From an uncultured delta proteobacterium (GTDB lineage Bacteria; Desulfobacterota; Binatia; UBA9968), in assembly GCA_963755715.1 (NCBI GenBank), contig CAVWLW010000042.1, positions 1 through 44,013 of the forward strand: a DNA stretch of 44,013 bases. The letters run 5' to 3'. Below are positions 9,685-19,609 of this stretch, one piece after another. The position numbers and the translations under genes are program-made. The notes under the pieces are model-generated. The model saw only the letters and a program-made list of their open reading frames with translations. It had not been told where the DNA came from and searched no databases. Position 1 is the first letter of the stretch. Every line of letters starts with the position of its first letter.

Positions 9685-10638
9685 ATGCCGCGAGCAGAAG
9701 TCATCAGCAGGTTTTTTTTGGCTTTGGCTTCAAGCGTGTTTTTGTTTATCAGCGGAGTGAGTTTACCGCCGCTGGGCGTGATTATCTTGCCCTTTGTCGC
9801 TCAACCCGTTCTCGTGTTTGGTCTCAAGTACGGCGTCGGCGCGGGTCTTGGCGTCATTTGTGTGGCGCTCTTGCTCTTGGTTATTTTCGCTGGCGAGGAG
9901 CTTGCGCTGATTTATGCGGTGTTTGCCGTGCTCGTCGGGTTATTGTTTGGTTTGCTCGGACGGATTCGGGCGATCGAGCAGTTGGTGCTTGGAGTGGCCA
10001 TCGTGCTCTCAACCCTAACGGCAAGTCTTTCACTGTATTTTTACGGCTCGTGGTCGACGATGTTCCGAGATCTTCACGCGGCATTGACGCAACAGTTGGC
10101 ATCCGCCGTTCAAGTTCAGGAGAAAATGGGCCTATCGCAAGAGAGCCTGGAGGTCATCAAAAGCCAGACGCCGCATATCGTCGAGACGATGTTGCAACTA
10201 CTCCCAGCGCTGCTTTTCTTGAGCTTCGCGTTTATCGCCCTGATCAATATTCTCTATCTCGGGCGGCGTTTTCCCGAACGGCGCGCTCAATGGTTCTCGC
10301 TGCGTTACTTGCGCGAGTGGAAGGGGCCCGAGCCGCTGGTTTGGGCGCTGATCGCCTGCGGCTTCGCGCTCTTTCTCCCCGGCCTCGCTGCCGTGCGGAT
10401 GATCGCGCTCAATCTGTTAGTGATCATCGGCGCCTGCTATTTCGCTCAGGGTCTTGCCGTGATCGCCTTTTTTTTTCACAAGAACAACGTGCCGCGATTT
10501 TTGCGCGGCCTAACCTACGTGTTAATCCTGTTTCAACAAATTTTTACCCTTTTGGTGGTCGGGCTCGGTTTGTTCGACTTGTGGGGCGATTTTCGCCGCC
10601 TGAGAAAAAATAACTTGACGCCGAGCCAAGCGTCTTAG
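9685..10638 (+). CDS. DUF2232/YybS family membrane protein
   Basis: Polytopic, C-terminal GLFDLWGDFRR, position between rpsR and rplI. Confidence 0.85.
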   Translation: MPRAEVISRFFLALASSVFLFISGVSLPPLGVIILPFVAQPVLVFGLKYGVGAGLGVICVALLLLVIFAGEELALIYAVFAVLVGLLFGLLGRIRAIEQLVLGVAIVLSTLTASLSLYFYGSWSTMFRDLHAALTQQLASAVQVQEKMGLSQESLEVIKSQTPHIVETMLQLLPALLFLSFAFIALINILYLGRRFPERRAQWFSLRYLREWKGPEPLVWALIACGFALFLPGLAAVRMIALNLLVIIGACYFAQGLAVIAFFFHKNNVPRFLRGLTYVLILFQQIFTLLVVGLGLFDLWGDFRRLRKNNLTPSQAS

Positions 10639-10648
10639 TGGAGGAATT

Positions 10649-11095
10649 ATGGAAGTGATCTTGAAAGAAGACATCGTGAATCTAGGAAAGATCGGCGAAG
10701 TCGTGCGCGTGCGCGACGGTTACGCGCGCAACTATCTTTTGCCGCGCGGCTTGGTTTTGATGGCGAACAAGAAAAATCTCAAGACGTTCGATCATCAGAA
10801 GAAACTCGTGGCCGATCAAAAACAGAAAACAATGCGCCAAGCGCAAAGCGCCGCCGATCAGCTTACCGGTATCTCGCTGGTGATTCCGATGAAAGTCGGC
10901 GAAGAAGGCCGGCTCTTCGGCTCGGTCACCAATATTCAGATCGAAAAGGCATTGAAAGCGAAAGGGCTCAACGTCGACCGGCGTAAGATCCATCTGGACG
11001 AACCAATAAAAACGGCCGGTGATTACGAGGTGCCCGTCCGTTTAGCCGCGGATCTCACAGTGCCGCTAAAGCTTTCCGTCGTTTCGGATAGTTAA
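10649..11095 (+). CDS. rplI: 50S ribosomal protein L9
   Basis: MEVIL, GYARNYLLP, LFGSVT. Confidence 0.98.
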   Translation: MEVILKEDIVNLGKIGEVVRVRDGYARNYLLPRGLVLMANKKNLKTFDHQKKLVADQKQKTMRQAQSAADQLTGISLVIPMKVGEEGRLFGSVTNIQIEKALKAKGLNVDRRKIHLDEPIKTAGDYEVPVRLAADLTVPLKLSVVSDS

Positions 11096-11132
11096 GCGCA
11101 GGCCGCCCTGACTAAAATTCATTTCACTTAAC

Positions 11133-11166
11133 GAGGGGAGGAGACCAGGTTCTTCTCCCTTTTTTT
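11133..11166 (+). terminator. Intrinsic terminator of ribosomal protein operon
   Basis: GAGGGGAGGAGA...TTCTTCTCCCT stem plus T-run. Confidence 0.8.
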
Positions 11167-11234
11167 GTGGATTTTCGGTTGAGCCTCTGAGAGAGTGCGG
11201 TTAGCCGGCCGTTCGCTTAGTCGAGCAAAAAATA

Positions 11235-12113
11235 ATGCAGCAACCCTTCGCGTCATATTCGCAAGTCGCACAGGGGCGGTGGCTGATCTTCTCGGCAGCG
11301 TTCCTTTGGAGCTTGGCTGGGGTCTTCATTAAATTTCTCGACGTGCCGCCGCTCACCATCGTTTTTTACCGCAGCCTTTTTGCCGGTTTGGTCTTCACGC
11401 CGTTTTTGCGCCGAAACGGCTGGCCCATCAGCGCGCCGATCCTTGTTTCCGCGCTCACTTACACCGCGGCGATCAGTTCATTCGTCGCGGCGAACAAATT
11501 GACCACGGCGGCGAACGCCATCGTGTTGCAATACACCGCGCCGATTTTTGTTTTTCTTTTTTCTGGGCTCGTGCTGAAAGAGAAGATTGCCAAATTGAAC
11601 GGCTTTGCCCTCGCCGTGAGCATGATCGGCGTGGGTATCATCTCGTTGGACAGCGCCGGTCAGCCGGATATGGCCGGTGTTTTGCTCGCTCTGTTAAGCG
11701 GCCTTTTGTTCGCCGCATACATGATCAATCTCCGCCGCACGAGCGAAATAAATCCGGTTTATCTTACCTGGATTAACAACATGGTCTGCGCGTTGTTGCT
11801 TTTGTTCGTCGTCAAGTCACAGCTTTGGCTGACTTCGACGCAGCTTTGGATTCTCATAGTTATGGGCGCGGTGCAGCTCGGCATGCCCTATTTCTTGTTT
11901 TCGAAGGGATTGCACACGGTGTCGTTGCAGGAAGCCTCGCTGATCGCGTTGATCGAGCCCGTGCTGAATCCTTTGTGGGTAGCCCTCGTGGTCGGCGAGA
12001 TCCCGTCGAGGGCGACCGTCACCGGCGGCGCGATGATTCTCTTGGGCCTTGGCGTGCGCTATGTGTGGCCGCTATTGAGAAGGTCAGCGGCGCCTGTGCG
12101 TTTGGCGCCGTGA
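11235..12113 (+). CDS. EamA/DMT family transporter
   Basis: About 10 TM segments, LQYTAPIFV, LIEPVLNPLW. Confidence 0.92.
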   Translation: MQQPFASYSQVAQGRWLIFSAAFLWSLAGVFIKFLDVPPLTIVFYRSLFAGLVFTPFLRRNGWPISAPILVSALTYTAAISSFVAANKLTTAANAIVLQYTAPIFVFLFSGLVLKEKIAKLNGFALAVSMIGVGIISLDSAGQPDMAGVLLALLSGLLFAAYMINLRRTSEINPVYLTWINNMVCALLLLFVVKSQLWLTSTQLWILIVMGAVQLGMPYFLFSKGLHTVSLQEASLIALIEPVLNPLWVALVVGEIPSRATVTGGAMILLGLGVRYVWPLLRRSAAPVRLAP

Positions 12114-12134
12114 GTCTCTTTCTTCGAATGCGCG

Positions 12135-12557
12135 TCAACCGGAAATGCGCACGTTGCCAGGATGGCGGATGCGTTCCATTTCTTCGCGCGAAAGTGTTTT
12201 GATATCCTTGCGCAGCTCGTAATTGATATGCTGGATCGCTTCCGACGGTCCCGAACGGTTGCCCATCAGCACCATCGGGCAATCGCCGGTGTTTTCCAAT
12301 TGATAAAACGATCCGCCCGTGATCGTCGCGACCATGCCCGGCGTCATCACGGCTTTGCCGCCGTCGGGAAAGTGCATGGTGCACTCGCCCTCGATGACGT
12401 AAAACGTTTGGTCGGCGTTATGGCAGTGCATATCATCAGCGTCTCCGGGCTTGGGATAGACGTGGAGCCAAGCATGAAACCGATTGGTGTTGAAAATTAC
12501 TTTGCGTTTGCCATGTTCGCGCGCCATTTTAGGCATATCCATCACTTCGATCGGCAT
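12135..12557 (-). CDS. Cupin domain protein
   Basis: MHCHNADQTFYVIEGE cupin motif 1, YQLENTG motif 2. Confidence 0.85.
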   Translation of the reverse strand: MPIEVMDMPKMAREHGKRKVIFNTNRFHAWLHVYPKPGDADDMHCHNADQTFYVIEGECTMHFPDGGKAVMTPGMVATITGGSFYQLENTGDCPMVLMGNRSGPSEAIQHINYELRKDIKTLSREEMERIRHPGNVRISG

Positions 12558-12698
12558 AATTCCTCCCGCGGGCTAAGATCGCAAGAGGTTATCAGCAGGC
12601 CTATTTTCCTGTCAATTCGCATCTGACGAAGTTTAACAATTGGGCGTTTTTTTGATAGTTTCACAGGCAATCCAAAAACGGTATCTAAGGAGGTTCGA

Positions 12699-13502
12699 AT
12701 GTCGATGAACTGGGGAATGGCAAATCGATTGGCGCGAATTATCAAGTCGGATGGACGGGCGGTCATGCTCGCCGTTGATCACGGCTACTTTCTCGGTCCC
12801 ACGAGCGGCCTGGAAGAACCGCGAAAGACTATCGAACCTTTGATGCCGCATGCGGACTCGATCATGCTGACGCGCGGTGTGCTGCGCACTTCGGTGGACG
12901 CGAAGGCCGATAAGCCGATCGTACTCCGCGTTTCGGGCGGCACCAGTATTCTCAAAGAACTGTCGAACGAAGATATTACGGTATCGATCGATGATTGTAT
13001 TCGTTTGAACGTCTCGGCGATGGCGCTGTCGATCTTTGTCGGCTCGGAATTCGAAAAAGAGACTCTGGTTAGCTTGGCCAAGCTCGTCGATGAAGGCGAG
13101 AAATACGGCATTCCGGTCCTGGCGGTGACCGCCGTCGGCAAAGACATGGCGCGCGATGTACGCTATCTAGGATTATCCTGTCGCATCGCCGCCGAGCTCG
13201 GCGCCCATATCGTCAAAACTTACTACTGCGATGATTTCGACGAGCTGATCGAAAGCTGTCCGATTCCGGTCATCGTCGCCGGCGGCAAGAAGACGCCTGA
13301 ACTCGAAGCTCTCGAATTGGCCCACAACGCGGTCAGCCACGGCGCCGTCGGCGTCGATATGGGACGAAACATTTTCCAGTCCGATTCGCCGGTCGGTATG
13401 ATCAAAGCCGTTCGGGCCATCGTTCATGAGAATGTTGCGGTGAAAGAGGCGTATAAGATTTATGAAAGCGAGAAAAATGCTAAGGCGCGGAAGGCAAGCT
13501 AG
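12699..13502 (+). CDS. lsrF: LsrF-like class I aldolase/thiolase (DhnA family)
   Basis: MNWGMANRL, AVDHGYFLGPT, VKTYYC, AGGKK, DMGRNIFQ. Confidence 0.88.
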   Translation: MSMNWGMANRLARIIKSDGRAVMLAVDHGYFLGPTSGLEEPRKTIEPLMPHADSIMLTRGVLRTSVDAKADKPIVLRVSGGTSILKELSNEDITVSIDDCIRLNVSAMALSIFVGSEFEKETLVSLAKLVDEGEKYGIPVLAVTAVGKDMARDVRYLGLSCRIAAELGAHIVKTYYCDDFDELIESCPIPVIVAGGKKTPELEALELAHNAVSHGAVGVDMGRNIFQSDSPVGMIKAVRAIVHENVAVKEAYKIYESEKNAKARKAS

Positions 13503-13524
13503 TCTTGGCTACGCTGTCTGACAA

Positions 13525-13557
13525 ATCGTAGGGAACGGGTTGCCCGTTCCCTACGAT
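13525..13557. repeat. GTAG-type REP-like perfect palindrome
   Basis: ATCGTAGGGAACGGG-TTG-CCCGTTCCCTACGAT. Confidence 0.8.
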
Positions 13558-13585
13558 GGCAAACCCCTCTGATCGACTCTTCCCT

Positions 13586-14629
13586 ATGAAATACGAATCC
13601 AAGATGCACGTCGCCATGTACTACAACAACCGCGACGTGCGGCTTGAGCAAGTGCCCGTGCCGAAGATTGGTCCAGGTGAACTGCTCATTAAGACACGAG
13701 CGAGCGGCATTTGCGGCAGCGATTTGATGGAGTGGTATCGGATCAAAAAGGCGCCGCTTGTTCTGGGTCATGAGATTACCGGTGAAGTGACCGAGGTGGG
13801 GGAGGGGGTCAAAGACTTTAAAGTCGGCGATCGGGTTTTTTCCTCGCATCATGTGCCCTGCGGTCGATGCCGCTACTGTTTGAGCGGACATCAGTCGGTG
13901 TGCGACCTGTTGCGGACCACCCATTTCGATCCGGGCGGATTTGCCGAATACATTCGCGTGCCGAAAATAAATGTAGAATTGGGCACGCTGCAGATTCCCG
14001 ATACGATGACGTTCGACGAAGGGTCGTTCATTGAGCCTTTGGCTTGTGTCGTGCGCGCGCAGCGATTCGCCGGCGTCGGCATGGGACAAACGGTTTTAGT
14101 CATCGGCAGCGGCATTTCCGGTTTGCTCCACATTCAATTGGCGCGGTCGCGCGGCGCAGCGCGGATTATTGCGACCGATGTCAGCGATTATCGCTTGAAA
14201 GCCGCGCTACGGTTCGGCGCGGATGCGGCGATTCACGGCGCGGAGGACGTGCCGGGACGATTACGGGATTTAAATGACGGCCGACTGGCCGATCGAGTGA
14301 TCGTTTGCACGGGCGCCATGCCGGGGATTCAGCAGGCCATCAAATCCATCGACCGCGGCGGTACGTTGCTATTCTTTGCGCCCACCGCGGCCGGGGTCGA
14401 TGTGCCGATCCCGCTCTTCGATTTCTGGCGCGATGAAATTAATGTTGTGACTTCCTACGCCGGCAGCGGCGCTGATTTGAATGAGTCGCTGCAATTAATC
14501 CGCGACCAAAAAGTGCGCGTCGCCGACATGGTGACGCATCGTTTGTCGCTGGCGGAAGCGGGGTTAGGTTTCCAACTCACGGCGAGCGGGCAAGATTCGA
14601 TTAAAGTGATTTTGGATCCGCTGATCTAG
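13586..14629 (+). CDS. Zinc-dependent alcohol dehydrogenase (MDR family)
   Basis: GICGSD, LGHE, CGRCRYC...C structural Zn, EPLAC, GSGISG. Confidence 0.93.
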   Translation: MKYESKMHVAMYYNNRDVRLEQVPVPKIGPGELLIKTRASGICGSDLMEWYRIKKAPLVLGHEITGEVTEVGEGVKDFKVGDRVFSSHHVPCGRCRYCLSGHQSVCDLLRTTHFDPGGFAEYIRVPKINVELGTLQIPDTMTFDEGSFIEPLACVVRAQRFAGVGMGQTVLVIGSGISGLLHIQLARSRGAARIIATDVSDYRLKAALRFGADAAIHGAEDVPGRLRDLNDGRLADRVIVCTGAMPGIQQAIKSIDRGGTLLFFAPTAAGVDVPIPLFDFWRDEINVVTSYAGSGADLNESLQLIRDQKVRVADMVTHRLSLAEAGLGFQLTASGQDSIKVILDPLI

Positions 14630-14642
14630 GTTTGTAGAACGA

Positions 14643-14666
14643 GGGCACGGCATGCCGTGCCCCTAC
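14643..14666. repeat. GTAG-type REP-like palindrome between convergent genes
   Basis: GGGCACGGCATGCCGTGCCCCTAC. Confidence 0.75.
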
Positions 14667-14668
14667 GA

Positions 14669-15667
14669 TTATTTCACCATTCCCAATTCTTTTCGCGCTT
14701 TGTCCAAAAAACTGTAGTCGACGACGTCCATCGCGTTGACCGGCTTGGTCACCTTGGCACTTTCGCGCGCCAGATCGACGAGAACCTGGACCGACTCGGG
14801 TTTGACGTAGGCGTCTTTGGTCAGGACGCGATTGACTTGGCGAGCCATCTCCGCGGCCATTTTACGGTCGCTTACTTTCCATTGCTTCATTAGTATATTC
14901 GTTACTGCTTCCTGGTTATTTTTGTCCCAGATAAATTGCAAACCGCGCAGCGTGGCCCGCACCATGCGGTAGACTTCGTCGGGGTTTTCGCGGATGCGCT
15001 TATCCGATGTGCCGAATCCGTTCTGGGGAAATTCGACAATGTCGCCGAGAAACAGCAATTCGTTATAGCCTTTTTCGTGGGCGATGATGTTCTCGGGCAC
15101 AGAGAGCAAAGACGCGTCGACGACGCCGGATTCCAGCACCGCGTAGCGGCTGGCGGCATTGCCGGACATTTGCAGAACCGAAACGTCTTTGCCGGGCTCG
15201 AGGCCGATTTGTTTGAGCGCTTGATTGGCGAGCAGCGTAGCGGAGCCACCAGGCGAACTGCCGGCGATCTTCTTTCCCTTCAGTTGCTTCACGTCTTTGA
15301 TATTTTTCTGACCCATCAAAAACAGCAGCGGTTTGGCTACGGTGAAAAGCAAAACTTTCATCGGCCGCCCTTGCACCGCTGCGCCGATGGTGCCGGTCAC
15401 GGCGCCGTTGTAGTCGACATCGCCGTTCAAGACGGCGGTGCTGGCTAAATTGGCCGGCATGAAGATGATCTCCAAGTCGATGCCTTCGTCCTTGAAGAAA
15501 CCGCGATGCAGCGCGGTGTAAAGGGCGAGAAAAGAGACGTTGGTCGACGAGCTGGCCATGCGGACTTTCTTCAGTGCTTGCGCGTGCCCCGGCGATGGAA
15601 AAAGCATCAGAGCTGCAAGCAGACTGAGTAGCCTAATGGTCAATGGGCGGGAAATTCGCATAGTCAT
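14669..15667 (-). CDS. ABC substrate-binding protein, NMT1/SsuA-like
   Basis: Signal peptide ending HA-Q; GFFKDEGIDLE, LKGKKIA. Confidence 0.88.
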   Translation of the reverse strand: MTMRISRPLTIRLLSLLAALMLFPSPGHAQALKKVRMASSSTNVSFLALYTALHRGFFKDEGIDLEIIFMPANLASTAVLNGDVDYNGAVTGTIGAAVQGRPMKVLLFTVAKPLLFLMGQKNIKDVKQLKGKKIAGSSPGGSATLLANQALKQIGLEPGKDVSVLQMSGNAASRYAVLESGVVDASLLSVPENIIAHEKGYNELLFLGDIVEFPQNGFGTSDKRIRENPDEVYRMVRATLRGLQFIWDKNNQEAVTNILMKQWKVSDRKMAAEMARQVNRVLTKDAYVKPESVQVLVDLARESAKVTKPVNAMDVVDYSFLDKARKELGMVK

Positions 15668-15681
15668 CTCCTCGGCAGCGA

Positions 15682-17598
15682 TCAATCGAGTTGGCTCCAT
15701 TGTTTGAACTCTTCGAGCCCGAGCCGCGTCAACGTGTCCATGTAGGGTCGGCCCGTTTTTTCATGGCGGCCGGAGATTCGATAGTATTCGTAGATCAAGC
15801 CGGGCAGCCACTTGGCGATGGTAAAGCCTTTGTATTTGCCGTCGGGGATCGGTTCCAGAAAGCGCGGACCGACGTCTTGCCAATCATGCTCGGCGATCCA
15901 GCCGCGCTGGGTGCCGAAGACGCTTTGCAGAATGATCGCGCGATGGCCGGTGTCGATCAATTCATCCAAGGTCACGTCCCAACCGGTCGTCGCGTTGAGC
16001 GAATCGAGCATACTCTTGACCCCGTCGGGCGGTTTGTCGTTAAGGGCGAACCAGCATGCGCCCATGATGCCGCAGGCTTGGCGAACTTGCTCGGTGATCA
16101 GATGCGAGTGCGTCCAACCATCAGGCTGCTGGGGATCGAGCGGTCCCCATTTTTCCCGATATGCGTAAATCGGCCGGCGGTTCGGCGCCGCCCGCGCCTT
16201 GCGGCTTCATGCCGCCGCTGGCGACCAACTCGCGCAGCATTTGGCTGAGCAGCGGTCGCCACTCGTGCTGCGCCGGCGTGCCGCCTTTGGTGTGGACTAC
16301 CCAATTCTTCGCTTCGCCGCCCAATTCTTCGGCGAGCTCCTTCGGACCGTCGGCAAGAATATTGCCGAGCCAGGTTTCGCGGCGGGCGCAGCGTTCCAAT
16401 AAAGTTTCCGACGGCTTCGAGATTGCCCCATTCCAATTTCAGTCCGTCGGTTCTGTCGGGGCCGAGCACGCCTTTTTCCCAAGCTTCGAACGCCGAGCCC
16501 GCGCCGCAAGCAGAAGTGGCTGCACTCGATGCCGAGATCATTGATGCGCTCGGAGAGGTACAGCACGTCATTGCCTTTGAACCCGAGATTATAAAAAGTA
16601 TCCATCCACTCGCTGCCGGCGTTGAAGTGGCCGACTTTGCCTTTGAAGCGCCCTTCGCCGATCTCCACGTCCCAGGGGCACATGCGCGGACATTGGAAGC
16701 AAGGACGAAGCGTCACTCGGTTTTGATCCAAACCTTTGGCCTCGTCGGTGATGATGGTGCTGCGCCAATTCAGCTTGGTGATCGCGCCCCAGGCTTCGCC
16801 ATGGCCGACGCTCTTTTTTTTATGCGCGGCGCTGTTCGTGCGCGGTTGCAGCGCTTTGCGCCAGCGCAGGCCGGCGTCGATAAGCGATTGCTTGTCGTGC
16901 ACGCGCGGCCGCTTGGTGCCCCAGGCGACGAAGGCTTTCAATTTCTTCGAGCCCATTACGGCGCCCAGGCCGTGCGCCGCGGTGTGGTTGTAATCATTGA
17001 CCAACATGGCGGCGCGGATCAGGTTTTCGCCCGCCGGGCCGATGCAGCCGATGCGCGCATCCAAGTGGCCGGATTCCGCGCGCAAAGTTTCCTCTGTGGC
17101 GCGCACGCCTTTGCCCCACACGTGGCCGGCGTCGCGCAACTCAACTTTGTCCTCGCCGATGTAAAGATAGGTCGGCTTTTGCGCCGCGCCGGTGACGACT
17201 ATTCCGTCATAGCCGGCGGCTTTCAGGGAAGTGCCGAAGTAACCGCTGGTGGCGCCGCGACCGAGCGTATAATGCGTTGCCGGGCTCAAATAAACAAAGC
17301 ACATCTTGGTGCCGCCAGGCGTAAAGCCCGTGCCGGTGATCGGGCCGGTCATGCCGACGATCACGTTCTTCGGGTCGTACGGATCGATCTGCAACGGCAC
17401 TTCGTTGAGCAACACGTATTCCGCGAATAACTGGCCGCCCCAGTACTTGCGCAACATCGGTTCCTCGGGAAGATTCAAATCCGTCAGCTTTCCCGTCGTC
17501 ATGTCGACGCGCAGGACCTTGCCCATGTAGCCGCCGGGGAGGCGGGTTTTTCGCTGGGCGGGGAAGAAGTTAGTATAGTCGGAAGTTGCGTTTGCCAT
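15682..17598 (-). CDS. Aldehyde:ferredoxin oxidoreductase family protein, copy 1 (three +1 frameshifts at ~16512, ~16408, ~16162)
   Basis: GYMGKVLRVD, IGPAGEN, GAVMGSKKLKA, CFQCPRMC; the ORF pieces join into a full-length paralog of 22537..24423. Confidence 0.9.
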
Positions 17599-17621
17599 CA
17601 CTTGTCCTTTCATATTAAAAT

Positions 17622-17697
17622 CGGTTCCAATCGTTCCAGATGTTCCAGTCGTTCCGAACGTTTGGAACCCATGGAACTGTTGGAACGTTTGGAACGC
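17622..17697. repeat. Inverted array of 9-nt GTTCCA units
   Basis: GTTCCAATC-GTTCCAGAT-GTTCCAGTC-GTTCC facing four TGGAAC units. Confidence 0.8.
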
Positions 17698-17714
17698 GAA
17701 CGCCATGCGTTCGC

Positions 17715-18770
17715 TCAGTCCGCCGCCGCCCATAAAACGCGGTCCGCGGGCAAGTCAATATCGAGCCGCTGCCAACTGTCGCCCATGTCGCGGCTGATCA
17801 TCAGATCGCCGGCGCCGCCGGCGCCGGATGCGTGGCCGCGGGCGACGTTGCCGAAGCCGGCAAATACGGCGCGCCGATCCGTCGGATGATGAACCAAGGC
17901 CCAGATCATCGAGTCGAGATCGTCGGCGAGCCCTTCTGTGATGCGCGTCCACGATTGCGCCCCGTCGGTGCTTTTGAACATCGCCGCGCGGGCGCCGCGG
18001 TTTTCTCGTCGCCAGAAACCAGGGGAAGCATCGGCGGTCGCCAGCAGCATCGTCGGTTGTTCGCCGTCCCGCTGCGCCGGCAAGAACAGGAAGTCGTGGA
18101 AGTAATCGCGTGTCAGTCCGTTTTCGGCGCGTACCCAGCCGTCTTCCGGTTTGTCGCTGGTGAAAAAGCCACGTGCCGATGCGACGTAGTAGCGATCGGT
18201 TCGTTTGGGGAAATTCGCGATGACGTGAATATCGAGATAGTCGATGCCCTTGCTGACATCTTCCCAGGTCTGGCCGCGGTCGAAGCTGCGCACGATGCCG
18301 CCATGTTCGAGGCAGAGATAAATTGTCTTCGGATCGTCGGCGTAAATGTGAATGTTACGCACATGGCCGTGGTGCGGCGCTTGCGGATACCACCAGTTTT
18401 TACGCACGGATTGCGGCAAGGCTTTGAGTGCGGCGATCTCCTGCCAGCTATCGCCGCCGTCTTCACTGCGAAACAGCCCGACGGGCTCGATGCCCGTGTA
18501 TACGACTCGGTCATCGTTCGGGTCCACCGTGACCGAGCGAATATCGCCTTCGAACACCTTCGCCCAACTCTGGCCGCCATCGACGGTGCGATAGAGGCCG
18601 TCATGGGTCACCCCGACAAAAACTGTTTCCGGCGACTGGTTGCAGCCATGGATCGAATCGATGATGCCGTCTGCAAAATGGCGCGCGACTTCCTGCCAGC
18701 CGTTTGCTGCCGAGCGCCAGACGATCAATCCATGCTGCGTTCCCGCATATAGTCTAACTCCTTCGCTCAT
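17715..18770 (-). CDS. BNR/Asp-box beta-propeller protein, no signal peptide
   Basis: Repeated [ST]xDGGxSW Asp-boxes (TVDGGQSW, SEDGGDSW, SFDRGQTW, STDGAQSW). Confidence 0.85.
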   Translation of the reverse strand: MSEGVRLYAGTQHGLIVWRSAANGWQEVARHFADGIIDSIHGCNQSPETVFVGVTHDGLYRTVDGGQSWAKVFEGDIRSVTVDPNDDRVVYTGIEPVGLFRSEDGGDSWQEIAALKALPQSVRKNWWYPQAPHHGHVRNIHIYADDPKTIYLCLEHGGIVRSFDRGQTWEDVSKGIDYLDIHVIANFPKRTDRYYVASARGFFTSDKPEDGWVRAENGLTRDYFHDFLFLPAQRDGEQPTMLLATADASPGFWRRENRGARAAMFKSTDGAQSWTRITEGLADDLDSMIWALVHHPTDRRAVFAGFGNVARGHASGAGGAGDLMISRDMGDSWQRLDIDLPADRVLWAAAD

Positions 18771-18783
18771 GAATCTCCTCCTC

Positions 18784-18869
18784 CGGTTCCAGTCGTCGAA
18801 GAGCCTCAGATATTCCGGATTGATCTAGACGGTTGGAACGACTGGAGTGTGTGGAACCATTGGAACGGT
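18784..18869. repeat. Degenerate GTTCCA/TGGAAC periodic repeat
   Basis: CGGTTCCAGTCG ... TTGGAACGACTGGAGTGTGTGGAACCATTGGAACGG. Confidence 0.65.
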
Positions 18870-18880
18870 ATTTATCCGGC

Positions 18881-19609
18881 CTACGGAAAAAGCTCGCTTC
18901 GGCCCGTTGAGGGCTGGCGATCCCAACGCTTTTCGAGACTACAAAAATAATTCCACGCTCTTTGGGCGCGCCGCTCCAAGGCGATCTCGCCGCCGAAGGT
19001 GCGGCAGTCCTCCGGGCTGATCGTGCCGACTTCTCCCAGCGCTGCGGCCTGCATGTACTTCTTGGAATCATCTTCCAATACCAATGCCGAGAAAAGCACC
19101 TCCTGCAGATTGAGACCGACGACGACGATGCCGTGGCCGCGCAAAAGTGCGGCACGCTTATCGCGGATCACTTTCAACAGCGCGTTGCCGCGCTCGGGAT
19201 TCGTAATCAGTTGGGCTTCCGGGTAAAGGGGCACTCCGTCGTTAAAGATGGCACCCTGCAAAGTAACCGGCCGAAACTCGCGCTTGGCAATGGCGAACAA
19301 CGTCGCGTGCGGCGTGTGCAGATGCGCGACCGCCAGCGCGTCGGTGCGGGCACCGTGCAAGGCGGTGTGGATCGGCCATTCCACCGGCGGGCCTTCCTTG
19401 CCCGCGAGCGGTTTGCCATCGAGATTGGTCGGCACCATATCTTCCGGGCGCAGACTTCCTTTGTCGGAACCCATGCCGGGTGTGATAAAGACCGTTTTCG
19501 TTTCGGGCTGGTAGACGCTCACGTGACCGAAGACGCCGATCATGCCCTGCATGGCGAAAATCCGCGTGCACGTGGCGAGCTGTTCGCGTAAATCTGTTTC
19601 CGAAGTCAT
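18881..19609 (-). CDS. Class II aldolase/adducin family protein
   Basis: GHVS, EWPIH, HLH, LLRGHG Zn ligands. Confidence 0.92.
   Translation of the reverse strand: MTSETDLREQLATCTRIFAMQGMIGVFGHVSVYQPETKTVFITPGMGSDKGSLRPEDMVPTNLDGKPLAGKEGPPVEWPIHTALHGARTDALAVAHLHTPHATLFAIAKREFRPVTLQGAIFNDGVPLYPEAQLITNPERGNALLKVIRDKRAALLRGHGIVVVGLNLQEVLFSALVLEDDSKKYMQAAALGEVGTISPEDCRTFGGEIALERRAQRAWNYFCSLEKRWDRQPSTGRSELFP

Noticed and set aside
12699-13502. AI-2 quorum-sensing (lsr) system
   Set aside because: No lsrK, lsrR, lsrG or lsrACDB in the window
17622-17697. Periodic repeats as a CRISPR array
   Set aside because: Units are 9 nt, inverted, without unique spacers; no cas genes
16423-18752. Long plus-strand ORFs (335 aa, 306 aa) and similar antisense ORFs throughout
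   Set aside because: Shadows of real minus-strand genes in GC-rich DNA
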